A stretch of DNA of 64,000 nt, taken from positions 6,857 through 70,856 of the forward strand of contig JAQTNC010000005.1 of assembly GCA_028714475.1 (NCBI GenBank). The letters are read 5' to 3'. Shown in pieces: positions 54,301-61,706 of the stretch. The notes under the pieces are model-generated. The model saw only the letters and a list, made by a program, of their open reading frames with translations. It did not search any database and was not told the origin of the DNA. The number at the start of each line of letters is the position of its first letter. Position 1 is the first letter of the stretch. Made by a program: the position numbers and the translations under genes. This DNA comes from Patescibacteria group bacterium. GTDB lineage: Bacteria > Patescibacteriota > Patescibacteriia > SG8-24.

Positions 54301-57140
54301 GTCTCGACATCGTCTCGGCCAACGACTCGCAAGTCATCATGCGGCTTAATGACGACAAGAACTACCCGACGTCACGGCTCTATACCGGCACGACTCTTTC
54401 GAGGGCCGGCACCGAGAAGTGGTTCCTCGGCATGAACTCCACGGACGACGACTTCACACTCAACCGCAACGCCGGTGCCAGCTCATCGTTCACCGTCCTA
54501 AACAGCAACGGCAACGTCGGCATCGGCACGGACAACCCTGCCCAGCCGCTCGACGTGAACGGCACGGCTCAAGTGGCCGGTTTCAAGATGCCGACCGGTG
54601 CGGCGGCCGGAAAGGTACTGATGTCGGACGCCAACGGCGTCGGCACTTGGCAACCCGTGGGGGTTGGTTCTGGTGTCGTGGCTGGTTCCGGCACGGCCGG
54701 ACAGGTGACATTCTGGGACGGTTCTTCTTCCATCACCGGCGACAACGCCCTTTACTGGGACAACGCCAGTAAACAGCTCGGCGTCGGCACCAACAGTCTC
54801 GTCGCCAGGCTGACCGTGGATGCGAGCGCCGGTGGCGAGGGCTTGAGCATCGCCACTTCAGCCGCGAGCAGTCCGCTCGACATCACTTCCGGCGGGCTGT
54901 CTGTCTTCAACGTTTCTCCGAGCGGCGGCGTGACGGCCGCGGAATCAGTGACCGCACCCTACGTCGGTGGCGCTTGGGTGGACGGCTCTTACCTAAGCGT
55001 CACGGGCGACGGCACGGTCGCCCGCATCACGACCGGGCACAATGATGCGGCGGAATTCTCCCAAATCATTTATAATTCAGCGAACGGCAGTGGCATCTCG
55101 GCTTACTCTAACGGCGGGACGGCGGCTTCTTTCGGCACCGGTAACGGCGTCGGGGGCGGCGCCTTGCCTCTCCGGTTGAGCACGAATTCCGGCAACGGCA
55201 TGAAGGAAATCTTGCGTCTGACGCGCGGCATATTCGGTGCTGGCGCCAATGGTGACGGCGGCAAGATCGTGTTTGAGAACGAGAAGTCCGACCAGACTTA
55301 CGGCGAGGTGGCAGGCATCGCTGGCATCACCGCTAACGCGAACCCCCTTCAGTGGCGCGGCGCGATGGCTTTCTACACGGTTCAAGACGGCGTTGAGCGC
55401 GAACGCGTCCGCATCGCGGAAAGCGGGGCGGTCGGCATCAATACAGATTCGCCGACCGAGATGCTGGAGGTGAATGGCGGCTACATCAAGTCCAACTGGG
55501 GTTTCTGCATCAACGCATCCTGCATCACCAGCTGGCCGACGGGCGGCGGCGGAACGGTCACGGGCAGCGGGACGCCCAGCTACGTGCCGAAATGGACGGG
55601 CGCCTCGGCCTTGTCGAACTCCCTGATTTATGATACCGGCTCTAATGTCGGCATCAGCGTCACCTCGCCCCAGAGCAAATTGGACGTGCAGGGAAATTTC
55701 CGGGTCGGTGGCGGCGATGGCATCCTTAACGTCGAAGCCCGAGGCTCCACGTACGGCTCCGAGACGCTGGCCATGCAGACGACCATCGACAACCGCAAGA
55801 TCAGCGACGGCTTTCCGTATGGGGGAGATGACCGGTACGTTCTCGCCCTGCAGCCCGACTATGGCCGCGTTGGCATCGGCACGGCGAGTCCGCGCAACAA
55901 GCTGGACGTGTGGGGCGGGGAAATCAACGTTACCGGCGCCGACATCAACGGCACCGCAGTCATTACTTCGAACGCCGGCACCGCCTATTACGGGAACAAC
56001 GCCTACGACAACGGCATCGCCATCGATCCCAGCGGCAATGTCGGCATCGGCGTGGCGCCGGGAGCCAAACTGCAGGTGCAGGGCGCCGGTGGCGTCAACG
56101 TTGATATGGTGGTCAACGGCCGCATCATGACCGGCGACGCCGGGGCTTCGGGCGGCATGTGGATCGATTCGGGCATGACCCGGTTCGTGGGCGACGACGG
56201 GGCCGGGGGCGTGGGCATCTGGAACAACGGTTGGCAGTTAGGGGTTTACCCCACTTACGTTAACGTTGCCCAGGGCCTGTCGATTTGGGGCTACACCGAC
56301 CTAACCGGGTTTACCGATTGGGGCGATGCTACGGTGACAGGATACCTGACGGTCAATGGCGGACCCGGCAACGCGGCCTTTAGTGTCGCGTCTCCGGCCG
56401 ATGTCACCATGCAGGCCATCCGCGCCGACGGCACCGGCAACTATACAGCCTTGTTCAACAATAGTGGTGCCACGAATGTCGCGACGATTGGGGTCAACAG
56501 CACCAACGGTTCCGCAGCCGCTTTCTCTACGGGAAATGCGGCTAAACCCGCAGTTACCATCTCCGCATCGGACAATAATTCGCAGGCCCTGCATGTCCAT
56601 CAAGGTCGCATTGGCATTATGGTCGATTCGCCTTCTTACCCCTTGGACATAGCCGGATCAGCGCACGCCACTGGTAGCTGGTTGACGTCAGATGTCCGTT
56701 GGAAGAAGGACGTACGGACCATCGATGACGCCCTCGAAAAGGTCAATGAGTTGCGCGGCGTCACGTTCTACTGGAAGACCGTCGAGTATCCGAACAAGGG
56801 ATTTGACGATCGGCAACACCTGGGCCTGATTGCCCAGGAGGTCGAGCCGGTTCTGCCGCAGGTCGTCAGCACCGACAATCAGGGCTATAAGTCGGTCGCG
56901 TATGATACGCTGGCCGCCCTGCTCGTCGAGGCCGTCAAGGAAGTCGACCAACAGGCAGTCAAGCTGGCTCCCGATGGCAGCGTGGTGCTGACCGGTGATT
57001 TGCAGGCCAACGAAAACCGATGGGGCGCGGCCAGCAACTGGATAGCCTGCCCCGAAAAAGGCGAGTGCGCCTGCCCGAACGGCTCCTACGTGACGCAGAT
57101 AAAGGATCGTGGCACTTGGATTCAATGTCATAAGCTCTAG
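51396..57140 (+). CDS. giant secreted fibre-like protein (1914 aa) with a Cys-rich N-terminal module, many repeat modules and a C-terminal phage tail-fibre S74 intramolecular-chaperone domain
   Basis: N-terminal anchor/signal. A Cys-rich module homologous to those of 48368 and 58818. Repeats RLWTGTxLSRESxEKWFLGMNxTDDDFTLNRNGG...NSNGxVGIGTDxP. A C-terminal SDVRWKKDVRTIDDALEKVNELRGVTFYWK...QHLGLIAQEVEPVLPQVV..GYKSVAYDTLAALLVEAVKE matches the Peptidase_S74 chaperone-of-endosialidase domain. Confidence 0.75.
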   Translation: MNRHNNFAARLGDWSISLVGPAVIVGVLGWMVGVQPVLAVDKCKDFGLPSFKCPATATHDVCGTSPFFYCFSGADDACTGGTPAPNYIFDCESCSCKCDTANFPCAGCAATSVTPGGNCSPPNNGKYANGCPESCTCPSGTTRCISTNTCVTNQSCPTGMTFDPCLPGCVTPYILRSPATVQANAFINIDGNVKTGGDLYMADGKAVRLDSAGATVLNIGNWGGGSFAVRAFGALTADGRIGSGAPSPAYRLDIVSGTDTQDILNLNDQDGNAASRVWTGTRLARESTEKWYIGMNATSDDLLMSRNGGGVGNTSIFVSNATGDVGVGTTNPTGTLSVGNGAVTLFSVDGATGDVVTAGNLAVNGGNLTTTAGIFNIAGTASTVNLGGGAASTGCTLDADGNLVCAGTITSSGSGGGGAVGYWQRGGTTLSPATTDDTISTGGNIMTTGSGSITSNGNLTVKGVTVLGDNPATDTLTLNLLDVLVPGGLSIDAGTLYVDPVNNRVGISQTIPGYRFDVSADNDSTAIVRINDDRDGNTATRLWTGTTLSRESLEKWFLGMNGTDDDFTLNRNGGGSALTVLNSNGYVGIGTDDPASRLDVNGTVTSTGIALAGDYTQTSGNFTFSGGGTFSTSAANTTLGTTNIVAGKTITLGAAAGDPAGANGAMYYNTTTNNFRCFQGGGWTDCYSDGAAVGSGVNGQVVFWTGTRSVAGDNGFFWDNITKRLGLGTVSPAYPLDIRNDGATGTTEMRLNNDNATRLWTGTALSRQSSEKWFIGMNSSNDDLSITRNGDTTSMLSVSNATGDVTVTNNLAVNGGTISTTAATFNLAPSATTVNIGGGSGSTGCSVDVNGNLICSGTISSGGGGAVGYWQRAGTTLSPATAGDVIATSGDIQTTGAGNIQTTGTGGITSNGNLSVKGNTTLGDAFGDTLTISGQAVNIPSGLLFGGNALFLSNNTKRVAIGAASASYRLDIVSANDSQVIMRLNDDKNYPTSRLYTGTTLSRAGTEKWFLGMNSTDDDFTLNRNAGASSSFTVLNSNGNVGIGTDNPAQPLDVNGTAQVAGFKMPTGAAAGKVLMSDANGVGTWQPVGVGSGVVAGSGTAGQVTFWDGSSSITGDNALYWDNASKQLGVGTNSLVARLTVDASAGGEGLSIATSAASSPLDITSGGLSVFNVSPSGGVTAAESVTAPYVGGAWVDGSYLSVTGDGTVARITTGHNDAAEFSQIIYNSANGSGISAYSNGGTAASFGTGNGVGGGALPLRLSTNSGNGMKEILRLTRGIFGAGANGDGGKIVFENEKSDQTYGEVAGIAGITANANPLQWRGAMAFYTVQDGVERERVRIAESGAVGINTDSPTEMLEVNGGYIKSNWGFCINASCITSWPTGGGGTVTGSGTPSYVPKWTGASALSNSLIYDTGSNVGISVTSPQSKLDVQGNFRVGGGDGILNVEARGSTYGSETLAMQTTIDNRKISDGFPYGGDDRYVLALQPDYGRVGIGTASPRNKLDVWGGEINVTGADINGTAVITSNAGTAYYGNNAYDNGIAIDPSGNVGIGVAPGAKLQVQGAGGVNVDMVVNGRIMTGDAGASGGMWIDSGMTRFVGDDGAGGVGIWNNGWQLGVYPTYVNVAQGLSIWGYTDLTGFTDWGDATVTGYLTVNGGPGNAAFSVASPADVTMQAIRADGTGNYTALFNNSGATNVATIGVNSTNGSAAAFSTGNAAKPAVTISASDNNSQALHVHQGRIGIMVDSPSYPLDIAGSAHATGSWLTSDVRWKKDVRTIDDALEKVNELRGVTFYWKTVEYPNKGFDDRQHLGLIAQEVEPVLPQVVSTDNQGYKSVAYDTLAALLVEAVKEVDQQAVKLAPDGSVVLTGDLQANENRWGAASNWIACPEKGECACPNGSYVTQIKDRGTWIQCHKL

Positions 57141-57145
57141 AGCAA

Positions 57146-57180
57146 AAAGCCGTCTGGCCAAGCCAGACGGCTTTTTTAGC
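57146..57180 (+). terminator. rho-independent terminator AAAAAGCCGTCTGGCCAAGCCAGACGGCTTTTTT after the 1914-aa gene
   Basis: Perfect 11-bp stem, a 4-nt loop and a T-run starting 6 bp after the stop. Confidence 0.8.
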
Positions 57181-57345
57181 GCTGAAGTACTGGAGTACTG
57201 AAGAGCTGAAGAAATTGCTGGAATCTTTTTTTGCCAAGTTTTTCCTCTTCAGCACTTCAGTACTTCTGCACTCCTGCACTGACTTCTCCAGCACCCCGGC
57301 ACTTCCCAACTCCGCCCTTTTCGGCTATATTTATTGCTGGACCAT

Positions 57346-58779
57346 ATGCTAAAATTATTCGATAGTTTAGCCAAGAAAAAGCGCGTGTTCAAGCCGCTTC
57401 AGGCCGGACGGGTGACGATGTATAACTGCGGGCCGACGGTGTACGACTACGTCCATATCGGCAACCTGCGGTCTTTCCTGCTGGCCGACCTCGTGCGCCG
57501 CTTCCTTGATCACCGCGGTTTTGAGGTGCGGCAAGTGATGAACATCACCGACGTCGGCCACATGCTGGCGGACGCGGATGTCGGCGAGGACAAGCTCGAG
57601 GTTTCGGCCGCCAAGGCCGGCAAGACGCCCGCCGAAGTGGCCAGGTTCTTCACCGAGGCTTTTTTTCGTGACATTGATCGGCTCGGCGTGCGGCGCGCCG
57701 CCATGTATCCGCGGGCGAGCGAGCACGTGCCGGAGATGATCGCCATGATCGGCCGGCTCCTGGAGAAGGGCTGCGCCTACAAGGTTCAGGAAACCGACGG
57801 CGGCGCCAGCATATATTTTGACGTCTCGACTTTTCCGGAATACGGCCGGCTTTCCGGCAACGTCATCGAGGGGCTGAATCCCGGCGCCCGCGTTGACGTG
57901 CGCTCCGAGAAGAAACATCCGGCTGATTTCGCCCTCTGGATCCACAATCCGAAGCACCTCATGCAATGGGAAACGCCGTGGGGCAAAGGCTATCCCGGCT
58001 GGCACATCGAGTGCTCGGCCATGTCCACCAAATACCTGGGTGACACCATCGACATCCATACCGGCGGCGAGGACAACAAGTTTCCTCATCACGAGTGCGA
58101 GATCGCGCAGGCTGAGTGCGCCACTGGCCAGAAGTTCGTCCGTTATTGGCTGCACGGCACCCACCTTCTGGTGGATGGCGAGAAGATGTCAAAATCCAAA
58201 GGCAACTTTTATACGCTCGACGACCTCACGGCCAAAGGTTACGAGCCGCGCCATGTCCGCTACCTCCTCCTCTCCTCGCATTATCGGGCGCCGCTCAATT
58301 TCACCTTGGCGGGTCTCGATGCGGCCAAGTCCGCCTTGGCCCGTCTCGACAATTTCGCGGATCTGTTGCGGGATTATGCGCCGAAGAAAAACGGCCGGAG
58401 CGATCGGGTCGGGATGACGGCGATGAAAGGCCTGAATCAGGCCCTGGATGACGATCTGAACGTGGCCGAAGCGCTGGCCGCGGCCTTTGAGCATGTCCAC
58501 GCGATCAATGAGCGCTTGGCTTCCGGCGAACTGACGGCCCGCGAAAAGGCCGGCGCCGAGGCTTTTATGAAGGCCCTAGGCGATGTTTTCGGTTTCGTTT
58601 TCGGCCGCGCCGCCGATGAGGCCGACGTGCCAGCCTCGGTCCGGGAACTCATGGAGAAACGCGAAACGGCGCGCCGTGAAAAGCGTTTCGTCGAATCGGA
58701 CCGCGTGCGCGACGAGATCAAGGCGCTCGGCTGGATGGTCGAGGATACGCCGGAAGGCTGTCGCGTCAAGCGGCTGTAA
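57346..58779 (+). CDS. cysS: cysteine--tRNA ligase
   Basis: [20 protein letters not shown] (HIGH-type motif HIGN). The Zn-binding Cys residues (C at NCGPT, HIECSAM). KMSKS at [10 protein letters not shown]. The alternative start at 57334 is in frame. Confidence 0.9.
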   Translation: MLKLFDSLAKKKRVFKPLQAGRVTMYNCGPTVYDYVHIGNLRSFLLADLVRRFLDHRGFEVRQVMNITDVGHMLADADVGEDKLEVSAAKAGKTPAEVARFFTEAFFRDIDRLGVRRAAMYPRASEHVPEMIAMIGRLLEKGCAYKVQETDGGASIYFDVSTFPEYGRLSGNVIEGLNPGARVDVRSEKKHPADFALWIHNPKHLMQWETPWGKGYPGWHIECSAMSTKYLGDTIDIHTGGEDNKFPHHECEIAQAECATGQKFVRYWLHGTHLLVDGEKMSKSKGNFYTLDDLTAKGYEPRHVRYLLLSSHYRAPLNFTLAGLDAAKSALARLDNFADLLRDYAPKKNGRSDRVGMTAMKGLNQALDDDLNVAEALAAAFEHVHAINERLASGELTAREKAGAEAFMKALGDVFGFVFGRAADEADVPASVRELMEKRETARREKRFVESDRVRDEIKALGWMVEDTPEGCRVKRL

Positions 58780-58817
58780 GTCGCCGCCAGTGTCGGTCAT
58801 CATCCTAGACATCGATT

Positions 58818-59897
58818 ATGATCAATAGTCGCCAACTGATCGCCGCCAGTGCCGTGACCCTCGCGCTGCTTGTGGCCGCGCCGGCGTTGGCCAAGGACCG
58901 CTGTCGCGATTGGGGACAGCCGTCGTTCAAGTGTCCGACCACGGCCACGCGCGCGGTCTGCGGCAAGGAGCCTAACTTGTACTGCTTTGACGATCGCGGC
59001 AACCCGAACGCCGACCTTTGTTCCGGCGTCACTCCCGCGCCTCGCTTCAAGTTCGATTGCGAGACCTGCACCTGTCGGTGCGACGAGGAAAAATATCCCT
59101 GTGACGGTTGTTCTTCCGCCAAGAACGCCTTAGGCGCCACGTGCAACGGCGTCGTCGGCGGCGCCTACGTTGACCGTTGCGGCACCTGCGGCTGCGGCGC
59201 CGGCACGGCCATCTGCGTATCCACGAATACCTGCGTGACGATTGTGGACTGCCCGACTGGTTTCGGTTTCGAACCGTGTTCGGCCGCCTGTATCCCTGGT
59301 TTCGTCACCCCGACCGCGACTGTTGAGCCGCCAGTGCCGCCGTCAGGAGAAACGTCGACCGCGCCGAGTTCGGCAGCTGACCAGATTGCCGCCGCGCCTG
59401 CCGCGCCAGCCGACGGCCGTCCGGAAGAGCTTCCGGCTGGCGAGATGGGGGAGCGGCAGGCTGAAACGGCGGACGGTTCGGCTTTCGGTTGGACATTGGT
59501 CCTCCTCGCGGCCTTCGTGGCTGGCCTCGGGTTAGGCAGTTATTTCTCCGGCCGTTTCGGCCGTCCCGGGCGCGTCGAAACCCCGTTTCACGGCGTCGTG
59601 GAAAAAATCAGCGGCCGCGAATTGAGCCTGACCGTTGGGCAAGGGCGTGATCGTCGACGTCTCTCGGTGAGCGTCGGGCCAGCCGCGGAAATCAACGCCT
59701 TGACCCTGCCGGAAGAAGGCGAAGGCCGTCTTGAACGCCATCATATACCGCTTGCGTGCCTGCGGCCTCATGACACGGTGGAGGTCGCGATGACGCAAAC
59801 CAAGCCCGACAAGAAGCTGATTGCCGACTCGGTCGCGCTCATGACCACCGACGCGACGCTGGCCAGAAGGCGGGCGTGCCTGAAGGAAGATGCGTAG
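58818..59897 (+). CDS. single-pass membrane protein with an extracytoplasmic Cys-rich module homologous to the N-termini of the two giant fibre proteins, plus a cytoplasmic C-terminal domain
   Basis: Signal peptide. DRCRDWGQPSFKCPTTATRAVCGKEPNLYCF...FDCETCTCRCD aligns with DKCKDFGLPSFKCPATATHDVCGTSPFFYCF...FDCESCSCKCD of 51396. An Ala/Pro/Ser linker, TM FGWTLVLLAAFVAGLGLGSYF, then about 120 cytoplasmic residues. Confidence 0.55.
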   Translation: MINSRQLIAASAVTLALLVAAPALAKDRCRDWGQPSFKCPTTATRAVCGKEPNLYCFDDRGNPNADLCSGVTPAPRFKFDCETCTCRCDEEKYPCDGCSSAKNALGATCNGVVGGAYVDRCGTCGCGAGTAICVSTNTCVTIVDCPTGFGFEPCSAACIPGFVTPTATVEPPVPPSGETSTAPSSAADQIAAAPAAPADGRPEELPAGEMGERQAETADGSAFGWTLVLLAAFVAGLGLGSYFSGRFGRPGRVETPFHGVVEKISGRELSLTVGQGRDRRRLSVSVGPAAEINALTLPEEGEGRLERHHIPLACLRPHDTVEVAMTQTKPDKKLIADSVALMTTDATLARRRACLKEDA

Positions 59898-59976
59898 ATT
59901 CGTAGTTGCGGGGACACAATAATGCGGAGGGCTTTCGCTCTCCGCATCTTTGAATCTTCGAATTATTGCGTCATGC

Positions 59977-60933
59977 CTACAGCCATTTCCGGCTCTTGAG
60001 GTAACCCATTGTCGCGACCATGACCAAGAAGACGATGCCGAGCATGAACCAGAAGTCGCCCGGCACCCCCAGGAGCGGCATATTCTCCGCGCGCATCGAG
60101 AAGATGGCGGCGGCGAGATTCATCGGAAAGACGATGAAGGCCAGGGCCGTCAGCGTCTTGGTCGCCTGGCCGGTCTCATAGGTGACGAGCGAAAGGTAGG
60201 ACTCGTACACGGCGTCAATCGTGTTGCGGTCGTTATCGAGGAAATCCCATATCTCCTGCGTGTGGCCGACCAGGTCCTCGTAATAGACGTGCAGATCCTG
60301 GAAATGGAGGATGCGCGGCGCGACGGCGATGAATTTCTCCAGGACGTGCTTGTGGGCCTGCATGATGCGCCGGAAGTCCACGATGTTGGACTTGACCCGC
60401 AGGATTTCCTTGACTGAGCTGTTCTGGGCGTCAGTGAACATGCGCGACTCCAGGGTGTTGATGTCGTTGGAGACGTGCGTGAGCATCGGAAAGCAGCCGA
60501 TGTACAGCTGGTTTAGCATGGCATGCAACCAATCGGCCGGACGTTCCACCTCCTGCGCCATCGTCACGCTGCGATCGCCGCGGAACAACTCGGCCATGCT
60601 CTGGAGCGGCGGCAGGACGCCGAAATGGTTGGTGACGATGAAATTTGGGCCGATGAAGATGTCCAGTTCCGTTGATCGGATGGCTCGCTTGTCCCGATCA
60701 AAATACGGGAACAGCATGACCATGAACAGGTACTGTCCGCGTTCCAGGAGCTTCGGGCGCTGGTAAGGCGGCAAACAGTCCCGCAGGTCCATTTCGAGGA
60801 AGAACGGGAAAAGCTCCTTGAGCTTGGCGCTGGCCTCGGCCGACGGCTTCCTGACGTCCACCCAGGTCATTTCCGGATGGCGATAGACGTCGAGGAGCGG
60901 CTGACCGTCGTATTTTGGCATTTTTTCGTGCAT
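59977..60933 (-). CDS. CorA-family divalent cation transporter homologue lacking the canonical GMN motif
   Basis: The C-terminus TLTALAFIVFPMNLAAAIFSMRAENMPLLGV...LKSRKWL aligns with the CorA pore region (LT..ATIF.PLTFIAGIYGMNFE.MPEL...KKKKWL). SMR occupies the GMN position. Confidence 0.6.
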   Translation of the reverse strand: MHEKMPKYDGQPLLDVYRHPEMTWVDVRKPSAEASAKLKELFPFFLEMDLRDCLPPYQRPKLLERGQYLFMVMLFPYFDRDKRAIRSTELDIFIGPNFIVTNHFGVLPPLQSMAELFRGDRSVTMAQEVERPADWLHAMLNQLYIGCFPMLTHVSNDINTLESRMFTDAQNSSVKEILRVKSNIVDFRRIMQAHKHVLEKFIAVAPRILHFQDLHVYYEDLVGHTQEIWDFLDNDRNTIDAVYESYLSLVTYETGQATKTLTALAFIVFPMNLAAAIFSMRAENMPLLGVPGDFWFMLGIVFLVMVATMGYLKSRKWL

Positions 60934-61185
60934 ATTTTGCGGTTAGCCGTTTATTCGTCCCGATAACGTTATTTTACCATTTTTCAAGCCCTGGCGGAAT
61001 GGCTAAAACGAAGTCATTCGGCGCGTGGTTCCCGGGTCTCCCCCGGCATTTAGCCGGGGTCGCCCGGGATGACACACCGTGGATCCCGGCTCGCGCGGGA
61101 AGGCATTCCCGCTTGGCCGGGACGACGCGCTCATTGGAATTGCGCGTCGATTGCGTGTCATTTCTTCTTAAAATGGCCAAATTGA

Positions 61186-61193
61186 TGTATAAT
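61186..61193 (+). promoter_or_regulatory. extended -10 element TGTATAAT positioned 9 nt upstream of the ATG at 61203 (near-leaderless transcript)
   Basis: TGnTATAAT read directly. No good -35 element. The distance to the ATG is consistent with a leaderless or 2-3-nt-leader mRNA. Confidence 0.35.
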
Positions 61194-61202
61194 GTTAATA
61201 TC

Positions 61203-61706
61203 ATGAATTTTGCGGAAAAACCGGAAGCGCAACCGGCCGCCGCGCCGCCTGAAACCCAGGCGGAGCAGTTGGCGTCCCCGGAAAGCGGCCCGCGGCCGGA
61301 AGGGACACCGGCCCAGGAGAGAAAACAGCCCGTTCCCGTCGCGCCGATGCCGCAAATCGTCCTGCCGGACGTCGCCCCAAGCGCGGCCGCGCCGGCCAAG
61401 GACCCACAACTCATGAGGGTTGAGCGCGTGCTTGAGGACGGCTTGCTCGAGGCCTATTTGGCCATGCCGGCCAAGGAGCGCGCGCGCTTCAGGGCCGTCG
61501 GCGAGGAAACGGCCGCCAAGATTAACGTCCTGATCGAGCAGTCAAAGGCCACGGCCAAGGCCGTGTTGAAGCTCATCCGCGACTGGCTGAGGATGATTCC
61601 CGGCGTCAACCGTTTTTTCCTGGAACAGGAAGCGAAGCTGAAGACTGACCGCGTCATGCTCCTCAACGAACAGCGCCGCCGTGACAAGGAAGGGGGAACC
61701 GTATGA
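61203..61706 (+). CDS. hypothetical Pro/Ala-rich protein, translationally coupled (ATGA) to the downstream ATPase
   Basis: Start at internal Met MNFAEKPEAQP. Low-complexity N-terminus, helical C-terminus. The stop overlaps the start of the 61703 ORF. Confidence 0.35.
   Translation: MNFAEKPEAQPAAAPPETQAEQLASPESGPRPEGTPAQERKQPVPVAPMPQIVLPDVAPSAAAPAKDPQLMRVERVLEDGLLEAYLAMPAKERARFRAVGEETAAKINVLIEQSKATAKAVLKLIRDWLRMIPGVNRFFLEQEAKLKTDRVMLLNEQRRRDKEGGTV

Noticed and set aside
57181-57333. T-box riboswitch upstream of cysS
   Set aside because: No T-box consensus, specifier-loop or antiterminator architecture recognisable. Only a long imperfect hairpin, reported as a minor finding.
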